DNA from: Thraustochytrium aureum
Taxonomy: Eukaryota
DNA length: 20,000 nt
Reading direction: 5' to 3'
Assembly (NCBI GenBank): GCA_012862495.1
Contig: BLSG01000385.1
Coordinates: 58,361 to 78,360 of the forward strand
The first letter of the stretch is position 1. Each line of letters begins with the position of its first letter. Below, piece by piece: positions 1 to 8,221 of this stretch. Under the pieces are notes generated by a model. It saw nothing but the letters and a program-made list of their open reading frames with translations, searched no databases and was not told the DNA's origin. Position numbers and translations under genes: made by a program.

Positions 1-1
1 T

Positions 2-3000
2 GTGGAGTTCGCAACATCCCCAGTTGCCATCCAGCGCAAACATGGAGCAGGACTCAATTCGACAGGGTCGCGTCGAGCTGCGCCTGCGCCCAGCAACGAA
101 CAGCGGTTGGTCTCCTCCGCGCGTTGGTTTGGACGCAGCGAGCGGGCCAAGCGTCAGAACGCAATACGGCTCGCCTCCGCCGGCAAAGTATTCGACCATG
201 TATACCTGCTTTTCAAGGGTTCGCTCTCCGCTGCCACACATCTCAGGGTCGCCAGACCACACCAAGCCAGTGCCAAGACTTTCCTCGAGCGCGCTCTGGG
301 CCTTTGGAGTCAGTTGACTTGCGGTTTGACCGTCGGCAACCCAAGCGCGGATTGCTTCCCGCGCATCTGAGCGCTCATGCGCTTCCTTCTTCAGCACAAA
401 CGCGTGCCTCAGAGCGTCGTAGTACACAATGTTGCCAGGGACAGCTTTCCACGTATTGGGCGGCGCCTTCGACTTGTCGCGCAACAGGGCAGCGCAGGCC
501 TCAAACGTGAGACTGCGGTAAAGCGGCGCCAGCGCCTGCTCGAAGCAGACAAGGAGGTGAAGTAGCTGGTCGAGACCAACACGACGCGAGCGCAGCGCGC
601 GCACCCAACTAAGCCTCTCGCCTAGCCAAACCTCAAGAAACTGGGCTTTCAGTTGAGGCTCGACCCTCTGCCCGTGGCTCAGGTGAGGAGGAGGTCGAGC
701 AGCAAGGTCGTCCTCCATTTCGCCACCTTGGTCGCTCCCTGAGGGCTCCCTTGGGCCCTGCGCGGCAGGCCCAGGCTCCTCGCCGAGCGCCTCCATGAGC
801 GATACTTCGAGCTCGAGGAGAGCCTTAGAAAGTCTCGCGGCATCGCTTGCGGTGCGCTCGGGCGAGTCGAGGCCAAACGTACGGATGAGATGCAGCACGG
901 CTCGCCTTGGTTTCCCCAGACGGTATTTTTGGGAAGTGAACGGAGCCAGGTTGCCTTCGACCCGCGAGAAGGTCAAGCGCACGGCCTCTGCTGTGCTGTA
1001 TTTCTCACACTCCGAAAGCCCCGAGACCTTGCGGAGCAACGGGCAGGCCACTTGTTGCCCCTCCTCGTCAGCAGTCGAGTTGGGGCTACAGCTAACCGGG
1101 GCAAGGTCGCCCAGCTGCTGGCCGCCTCTGGCGCGCGCCGCGCTTTGGGCGACTCTCTGCAGCGCCAGGCTGAGCCCCATCCCTTCGAGTGTCGCCAAGA
1201 GCTGCGCGGAAGCCACATCTGTGCCGACGAGGTCGAGCCCGGCCGCGCCCTCGAAAGCGATCCGCCCGAGGGCGATCGCGTCACGGACGACGATGCGAGA
1301 CCTCCGCCTCACATTCTCAACGATCATCGTACCCCCAAAGGCCCATGCGCGGAGAGGCCACAGGTCCATGTCTGGAGGTGCTCGGAGCATTGCGGTGCAG
1401 TTCAGCACCGACGCTTTCGCCAGCCCAATAGCACGAGCCTGGTCTGGGTCTGCTAAAGCGAGGAGGAGCTTGCTCTCGTCCTCCTCGAGCAGTTTCGCAG
1501 CTCCCGCTCGCAGAGCCGCTTCGACGTGGGCCATCCCAGAGCACAAGTAAAGAATGTGCTCCCGTTGGATGCAGGCAAGGGCTGTCGACGTGCCCCACTT
1601 GAGCTGCACCGAATACATCGGCCTCTGCGAGTCGGTCTTCTCAGTGTAGTCACACCCCAGCACAACGCCAAACCCAAAGGTTGTGCAGACAACACACCCG
1701 ACACCCAGCGCTATGCTTGTCTCGGGTTTGATTGCATAGGTCCCGTCCTTGTCCACCTCGCAGGTTGGGCCCTCAATCTTGCCGTCCACCCCAACGTTAG
1801 GAAGAACCCACGCAAGGACGTCGCAGAGTCTCTTGTTGACGGTAGCGCCAGATTCAAGCGTACAGAGCACTGTCGTCTCGCCGTCATCGCCTGCCGCGAC
1901 GTCGGCTTTATCAGATAGCTCAGGGGGCGAAGTCAACTCCACTCCGGCATCGAGTCTCCAACGCCGCGCTCGAGCAGTACGCGACCGCGACGCTCGCGTG
2001 CTTGGGAGCTGCGTTGCGCCGACAGCGCCGACAAAGGCGCAGTCAACTTGGCCGCTTGCCCGTTTCAGGAGGACTCCACGGCCGATGAGCGAATGCCCCT
2101 CTGAAGCCACGTTTGCATAGCTGCCCCCGCCGACGGTGCCGCGGGACACGATAGCGCGGCGTAGTTTTCGGAGCCCCCTGACCCGAGCCAGCTGGCTCTC
2201 GAGTTGGGTTTCTCGCAGAGCGTAGTTTTCTTCGCGCTGTGCCTTTGTAGAGTGAGCAAAGTCGTCGAGCGCTCGACTTGCGAGCGAAGCTTCTTGCAGT
2301 CTCGCGTCCAGGAAGCCGCGCAAAGCGTCGGTCTCAATGAATTGGTCGCACAAGTACGCGAGCAGCTCACAGCGGTGCTCGAGCGAGACTCGACCATATC
2401 CGCTGCGGCGGAGGATCGCGACCGCTTCAACGAGGACCAGATTTGCCTCCTCGGTGGACCCTGGGCATTCGGCCTCCATCCCGAGGGCGCACTCGCCAGC
2501 CGCTCCAGGCGCGCCAGTCTCGCTGAATAGCCCGTCAGTATTCGGGCCTGAATGGCTGGGATTGCCAAAGCGCTCGGTGCCGTTGCTGCTTGGTTTGGAT
2601 TCCTGCTCCAGGTTCTGCTCGAGTACAGACAGCGAGCGTCGAGCACGCTTTCGAGATGCAATCGGCGCCGGACAAGCGGCGGCTCCGCGCTTCAGAGCGC
2701 TCCCATCCTGCTCGCCCCCCAGGGTCGAACACTCCGCTTGCGTGTTTGCGAGTGTAAGCCCATTCGCTGGCGCATTGACTGGCTTCTCAGGTAAGGTGCC
2801 GCGCGCTCGGCGCGCTGCGTTTGACTTTACAAACCCCACGGTCTGCGCAAAAGTCTTGAGCACCTCCTTGGCCCCTCGCGCAGCGGCGGATTCTGGGTCA
2901 AGCACAGCGAAGCAGTTGTCCCAAACCGTCAGTAAGTCTCTCTCGACATCGTCGAAGGACGAGTATGCAGCGGACTCGAGGCCTTGCCAGGTCGCCCCAA

Positions 3001-3583
3001 GATCCATCGGCGGGCCCAGGACAACGCCAAGTTGTTCTTCGCTCACGCTCGACGACAAGTGGAGAGGTTTAGACAAGGCCCTGGCGCCCGGGTGCTCCAT
3101 CATAGTCGCGACGAGCGCCCGAGCCTCCCACAGCCAGTCCTCGGCAAGGTCCTCTGGAACGTCTGAAACATGGGGTTTATTGCTCGACTCGACTGCCACG
3201 GCAAGTTGAGACATGAACGCGTCGCCTCCGCGTATTGTGACACAGTCTCTCAGCATGGCCTCCCAGGTCCCGGCGTGAATCTCCTCGACAGCGAGTCGGA
3301 CCCCGCCTGTCGCCAACGTTCTGCGGAAGCTGTCTCCCCACGCCCCGCTCTTACTATCAGCGGCCAGCTGTCGAAGCAAACGCACGTGGATTTCAATGAG
3401 CCTCGGCGAGGGCTCGGGGCGCACGACGGCAGCTTCGATATCCTCAAGCCGCATCGGCGCAAGGCCGACCAGGTCCGCAAACTGCGTCAGCGTCTTCCAA
3501 ACGACCGCGAGCCGAGCAACAACCCCCGCCTCCACCACCTCCTCTGTTTCCCCTACTGCCCCCAGCCTCGCTTTGCCTTCCAT
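2..3583 (-). CDS. DDT / bromodomain-like / WHIM1 chromatin-associated protein (BAZ/ISWI-partner-like), 3' end outside window
   Basis: Manual codon scan found no minus-strand stop in this frame from 3592 to 2. ATG at 3583-3581; the true start could lie in the adjacent gap. Translation shows a DDT-like motif (VVARLAVVWKTLTQFADLVGLAPMRLEDIEAAV..PRLIEIHVRLLRQL, ~3535-3365) and a downstream TWEAMLR motif. It also has a bromodomain-like segment (PPMDLGATWQGLESAAYSSFDDVERDLLTVWDNCF, ~3140-2845) and WHIM1-like GYGRVSLEHRCELLAYLCDQFIETDALRGFLD (~2413-2294). Absent from the ORF track because there is no stop in the window. Confidence 0.88.
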   Translation of the reverse strand, partial: MEGKARLGAVGETEEVVEAGVVARLAVVWKTLTQFADLVGLAPMRLEDIEAAVVRPEPSPRLIEIHVRLLRQLAADSKSGAWGDSFRRTLATGGVRLAVEEIHAGTWEAMLRDCVTIRGGDAFMSQLAVAVESSNKPHVSDVPEDLAEDWLWEARALVATMMEHPGARALSKPLHLSSSVSEEQLGVVLGPPMDLGATWQGLESAAYSSFDDVERDLLTVWDNCFAVLDPESAAARGAKEVLKTFAQTVGFVKSNAARRARGTLPEKPVNAPANGLTLANTQAECSTLGGEQDGSALKRGAAACPAPIASRKRARRSLSVLEQNLEQESKPSSNGTERFGNPSHSGPNTDGLFSETGAPGAAGECALGMEAECPGSTEEANLVLVEAVAILRRSGYGRVSLEHRCELLAYLCDQFIETDALRGFLDARLQEASLASRALDDFAHSTKAQREENYALRETQLESQLARVRGLRKLRRAIVSRGTVGGGSYANVASEGHSLIGRGVLLKRASGQVDCAFVGAVGATQLPSTRASRSRTARARRWRLDAGVELTSPPELSDKADVAAGDDGETTVLCTLESGATVNKRLCDVLAWVLPNVGVDGKIEGPTCEVDKDGTYAIKPETSIALGVGCVVCTTFGFGVVLGCDYTEKTDSQRPMYSVQLKWGTSTALACIQREHILYLCSGMAHVEAALRAGAAKLLEEDESKLLLALADPDQARAIGLAKASVLNCTAMLRAPPDMDLWPLRAWAFGGTMIVENVRRRSRIVVRDAIALGRIAFEGAAGLDLVGTDVASAQLLATLEGMGLSLALQRVAQSAARARGGQQLGDLAPVSCSPNSTADEEGQQVACPLLRKVSGLSECEKYSTAEAVRLTFSRVEGNLAPFTSQKYRLGKPRRAVLHLIRTFGLDSPERTASDAARLSKALLELEVSLMEALGEEPGPAAQGPREPSGSDQGGEMEDDLAARPPPHLSHGQRVEPQLKAQFLEVWLGERLSWVRALRSRRVGLDQLLHLLVCFEQALAPLYRSLTFEACAALLRDKSKAPPNTWKAVPGNIVYYDALRHAFVLKKEAHERSDAREAIRAWVADGQTASQLTPKAQSALEESLGTGLVWSGDPEMCGSGERTLEKQVYMVEYFAGGGEPYCVLTLGPLAASKPTRGGDQPLFVAGRRRSSTRPCRIESCSMFALDGNWGCCELH

Positions 3584-3592
3584 CGCGCGCCA

Positions 3593-4344
3593 NNNNNNNN
3601 NNNNNNNNNNNNNNNNNNNNNNNNNNNNNNNNNNNNNNNNNNNNNNNNNNNNNNNNNNNNNNNNNNNNNNNNNNNNNNNNNNNNNNNNNNNNNNNNNNNN
3701 NNNNNNNNNNNNNNNNNNNNNNNNNNNNNNNNNNNNNNNNNNNNNNNNNNNNNNNNNNNNNNNNNNNNNNNNNNNNNNNNNNNNNNNNNNNNNNNNNNNN
3801 NNNNNNNNNNNNNNNNNNNNNNNNNNNNNNNNNNNNNNNNNNNNNNNNNNNNNNNNNNNNNNNNNNNNNNNNNNNNNNNNNNNNNNNNNNNNNNNNNNNN
3901 NNNNNNNNNNNNNNNNNNNNNNNNNNNNNNNNNNNNNNNNNNNNNNNNNNNNNNNNNNNNNNNNNNNNNNNNNNNNNNNNNNNNNNNNNNNNNNNNNNNN
4001 NNNNNNNNNNNNNNNNNNNNNNNNNNNNNNNNNNNNNNNNNNNNNNNNNNNNNNNNNNNNNNNNNNNNNNNNNNNNNNNNNNNNNNNNNNNNNNNNNNNN
4101 NNNNNNNNNNNNNNNNNNNNNNNNNNNNNNNNNNNNNNNNNNNNNNNNNNNNNNNNNNNNNNNNNNNNNNNNNNNNNNNNNNNNNNNNNNNNNNNNNNNN
4201 NNNNNNNNNNNNNNNNNNNNNNNNNNNNNNNNNNNNNNNNNNNNNNNNNNNNNNNNNNNNNNNNNNNNNNNNNNNNNNNNNNNNNNNNNNNNNNNNNNNN
4301 NNNNNNNNNNNNNNNNNNNNNNNNNNNNNNNNNNNNNNNNNNNN
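3593..4344. other. Assembly gap (N run) covering the divergent region between the DDT gene and the kinase
   Basis: 752 N. Confidence 0.99.
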
Positions 4345-4345
4345 C

Positions 4346-6584
4346 GGGCAGCTCGCGCGGGACGGCGCTGGGCCCCGCTCTGGCGCCGCCGCTGCTGCTC
4401 GTGGCGCAGATGGCGCGGATGGCGGGTTGAGCGCGGCCGCGCAGCAGAGGCGCGAGCTTCGTAGCAGCGGCGCGAACGCCGAGGGAGGCGCGAACGCCGG
4501 TCGCAACGGGTGGGCCGGGAGCGCCGCTGTAGTAGACGGCCTTTCGCTGAGGATAGACAACGAGCTCATCCTCAAGCCTCTTGTCGTGCCAACCTCGAAA
4601 GACCCCAGCGCCGGCGTGGGCGCTGTGAGCGCAGGCGGTGCTGCGACCCTGACAGGGAGTGCACAGGGCGGCGCAAGGTCCGCCCTCCACATGCCAGGTT
4701 CGGCTCGGTTGGTGGACAAGCGGGAGTTGGAGGCCGCGGGGCTGCCGAGTGCCGGGAGCACAGGGGTGCTGGGGCCCTTGGACGTCAAGCCGAGCCCCTC
4801 GTGCCCAAATTTTGGGTCGCTAGAAGCTGCGCACAAGCGCGTGTTCGACTCGGGGCTCACCTTTAGCGAGGCGAAGGGGCAGATTTGGGAGCTGCGCAAG
4901 TCTGGCATGCTAATGAAGCGCGGGTTTCGCTACCGCAAGCTCTGGGTTCGGCGGTTTGTGGAGGTCGCGGGGCGGATGCTGAAATACTACGAGAAGAAGC
5001 CCAAGGACGCAAAGGCTGCCGCCAACCCGCGCGGCAAGCTCGAGCTTACCAAGTTCACAGCTGTCGTGGCGCTCCCAGACGCAAGCGGGGCGCGGTTCGC
5101 TTTCAACGTGATCCCAGATGCGTACCACCCCAAGCACGCGGCCAAGCTCGAGCAGCGCGCGGGCCTTGGCGGCTCGCCTGTGCAGGGGCTCGGTGGCGGG
5201 ACCCCGGAGGACGAACGCGGCGGGTCTGGGCCAGCCGGAGGATCTGCCGGAGGCGGGGACTTCTTGGGCAACTGGTTCAGCCCTGGCGGAGCCGGGCGGC
5301 GCGACCTGACGCTTGCCGAGGTGGAAGCCATTCAAGCCACGATCCCCGAGGACCAGATCTGGAAGTTTATGGCGCGCTCTGAGAAAGAACGGCGCAGCTG
5401 GATGCAGACAATCGAAAAAGCGATCAACCTGATCAGACGCGTCGAGGTGGCCCCGACGCTCTGCGGCGTGGGCTCTGTGCACTATCACTACAACATCGGC
5501 GAGAAAATAGGTCGCGGCCGATTCGGCGACGTGTTTGCGGCGGTGGCTTCGATGACGGAGCAGCAGTACGCCATCAAGGTTGTGGACAAGCAGAAGCGCG
5601 TGCGTACCAAGGAGGACGCGCAGCTCTTGCGGAACGAGATTCGCGTTTTGCGGCGCGTGACGCGCGAGCTGGATCACGCCAACATCTGCAAGCTGTTCCA
5701 GGCGTACGAGGACGCGGCGACCGTCTACTTGGTCATGGAGAAGCTCAGCGGCGGCAACTTGTACGAGTACGTGGCAGAGAGCGTCGAGGTGTACAGCGAA
5801 GGCACCGTGGCTTGCATTGTGCGTCAGGTGGCCTGCGCCCTCCGTGAGTTGCACGGCGCCGGGATCGTCCTTTGCGACCTGCGACCGGACAACCTTCTGT
5901 TCACCAGCCCGGGCTCGGGCGTCGTCAAGGTGGTCGAGTTCGGCCGCGCCATCATCAAATCAGGCCCCGGCGCGGCGCACTTCAAGCCGCGGGCACTCGC
6001 CGGCCAAGGCTCTGACGCCGCGGGCGAGACCGGTGCTGCGGACGCGGACGACGCCGCATTTGATGCGGCAGTCGCAGGTGCGGGAGGCAGCCGGGCAGAA
6101 AGGGCAGACTCTGAGCACGCGCGGCGACTCGCCCGGGCAGCTGGGCCGGCCACGTTCACGCCAGGCGTCACATCGGCTGCGCGCGCCGGCTCGCGCCGGC
6201 TGCCGCTTGTTGGTCAGCCCGGTTTCATCGCGCCGGAGGTGATTGCGGCTCGGGAATACACCACGGCCTGCGACATGTGGGCGCTTGGTTGTATCATGTT
6301 CACGATGCTCGTCGGGTACAAGCCGTTCTCGGGCGGAACGCAAAGCGAGGTTTTCCAGGCCACAGCACTGGGTCTCCAGGCTGACAATCTCAACCCTGAG
6401 CACTGGCGCGGGATTTCGAAAGCTGCGCGCCAAGTCGTCGGTGCCATGCTCCGCACTGACCCGAATAAGCGTGTCTGCGCCGCGGACGTTTTGCAGCAGA
6501 GCTGGGTGCTCGACCCGCCAGCTGTTGAGCTGCCGGAGACGCACGAGCGCATCCAGAACCTTGAACAAGTGCGTCGGAGAGGAG
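4346..6584 (+). CDS. PH-domain CAMK-group Ser/Thr kinase-like protein, possible pseudokinase (partial, both ends at gaps)
   Basis: PH domain KSGMLMKRG..WVRRFVEV..LKYY to FMARSEKERRSWMQTIEKAI (~4895-5430). Kinase domain ~5489-6510 with GRGRFG, YAIK, NEIRVL, HANICKL, YLVMEKLSGG, LCDLRPDN, EFG, APE, DMWALG and DPNKR motifs. First in-frame ATG after the gap is at 4691, but the frame is open back to the gap. Confidence 0.9.
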
Positions 6585-7000
6585 NNNNNNNNNNNNNNNN
6601 NNNNNNNNNNNNNNNNNNNNNNNNNNNNNNNNNNNNNNNNNNNNNNNNNNNNNNNNNNNNNNNNNNNNNNNNNNNNNNNNNNNNNNNNNNNNNNNNNNNN
6701 NNNNNNNNNNNNNNNNNNNNNNNNNNNNNNNNNNNNNNNNNNNNNNNNNNNNNNNNNNNNNNNNNNNNNNNNNNNNNNNNNNNNNNNNNNNNNNNNNNNN
6801 NNNNNNNNNNNNNNNNNNNNNNNNNNNNNNNNNNNNNNNNNNNNNNNNNNNNNNNNNNNNNNNNNNNNNNNNNNNNNNNNNNNNNNNNNNNNNNNNNNNN
6901 NNNNNNNNNNNNNNNNNNNNNNNNNNNNNNNNNNNNNNNNNNNNNNNNNNNNNNNNNNNNNNNNNNNNNNNNNNNNNNNNNNNNNNNNNNNNNNNNNNNN
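6585..7000. other. Assembly gap (N run), probably hiding the kinase stop codon
   Basis: 416 N. Confidence 0.99.
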
Positions 7001-7054
7001 AGTGCAAAGGAACCTCCGGCGGGGCGCTCAGGCCAAGTCGGCAGGGACGCGAAA

Positions 7055-7591
7055 ATGCAGCAAGTTGCTCTGCTCAGTGGGCGCTTGCCAGGCGGCGGCG
7101 GCGGCGGCGGCCGCGTGTTTGGTGCGCTGGCGCCGAACTGGTCCACCCCCGAATTTGGCTGCGCGAGATGGGGTCACGTCGCCGCCCCGCGCCCCAGGAC
7201 AGCGGCCGTCCCTTGCTGCCGGGGANCTGCCTTCGCTGGGCTCGGCCAAGGGTTGCGGCAAAACTCGTCAACTTTCTTTGAGCTGTTGAGCGAGGGCAAC
7301 GGGGAACTCGACGCGGACCGCCGCGCCGAGCTGCTGGCGCTTGACGTGCGGGCAGAGAGGATCAGAGCGCAGTTCAGCGACGAGGACTGGGCCCTGCAGC
7401 GGTCGCCCCGCGGTGGCGACGACTACCAGGCCAACTTTGCACCTGCGGGCCGCTTCCTTAACGACCTTGAGAGCCAGATGCGCCTCGTCAGGGAGGACGA
7501 GCAGGCCAAGTTGGAGGCCGCAGCGCGCGAGGGCCTTGCGGGGCCGGGCCGCCATGCGGTGACCGCGCAAGAGGCGGCGAGCTTCGAGTAG
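7055..7591 (+). CDS. Small hypothetical protein (~178 aa), possibly mitochondrion-targeted; could alternatively be the kinase C-terminus
   Basis: AAAATG at 7052-7057 opens a frame to TAG at 7589-7591. The 3' half (FFELLSEG..FLNDLESQMRLVREDEQAKLE) has GC3-rich codons and helical, charged composition. One ambiguous n at 7226. Confidence 0.5.
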   Translation: MQQVALLSGRLPGGGGGGGRVFGALAPNWSTPEFGCARWGHVAAPRPRTAAVPCCRGXAFAGLGQGLRQNSSTFFELLSEGNGELDADRRAELLALDVRAERIRAQFSDEDWALQRSPRGGDDYQANFAPAGRFLNDLESQMRLVREDEQAKLEAAAREGLAGPGRHAVTAQEAASFE

Positions 7592-8150
7592 CTGCCTGTC
7601 TGTTCTGCTGTTCGTGAACAGAGAAGTGCTCATTTGTGTGTTCTGAGCGGGTCCAGATTTGGACTGTGCTGTGAGGTGAGATTGTCAATTGTTCTGTCCG
7701 TTCATCATAAGAGTTGCAGGGTTGCACACCTGGAAGATCGCCTGCTGCACGAAACTGTGCTGCGCAGGCTGCTGCAGAGGGACACTGCCAGTGCCACATG
7801 CCACTGGCAGACCTACTCTAGCGCTCTAGACCGCTCTTGGCTTGCGGTTTGCCAAGTGCCAGTGCAGGCCGATCGCGTCCGAAGCCGAACCGCCTCTGGA
7901 ACGCGTGAGAGTGTACTTCCCTCCAGCCCACCGATTGGCTCGCAGCAGGAAGAGAGCGTAGTAGAGTACTTCCACATCTTGGATCCTCCCTCCCCCTTTC
8001 CGGACAGGGTATCCGAGTCGACCAACCTGTTGACCTTCACAAGTTGACTCGGACTTGGAAACTCTCGTCTTCCACTGGCAGGCGCTTCTTGTCAATGCAC
8101 AAGGGCTGGCAGACCCGAATCATCTGCACCAATTGCGGAGCAAGGTCGAG

Positions 8151-8195
8151 CAGCAGCAGCAGCAGCAGCAGCACCAGCACCAGCACCAGCAGCAG
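8151..8195 (+). repeat. Compound microsatellite (CAG)7(CACCAG)3(CAG)2 in the putative 5' UTR
   Basis: Read directly; ends 26 nt before the ATG at 8222. Confidence 0.9.
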
Positions 8196-8221
8196 CTTGA
8201 AAGGCAGCAACGGGCGCGAAG

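Noticed and set aside
2..3209. Many plus-strand ORFs (2-370, 795-1550, 890-1456, 1526-1918, 2204-2530, 2337-3209)
   Set aside because: Antisense shadows of the long minus-strand gene in GC-rich DNA, with no recognisable motifs.
3170..7591. 1473-aa ORF in the track
   Set aside because: It reads through two N gaps. Its first 141 aa are the antisense of the DDT gene, and frame continuity across gaps is not meaningful.
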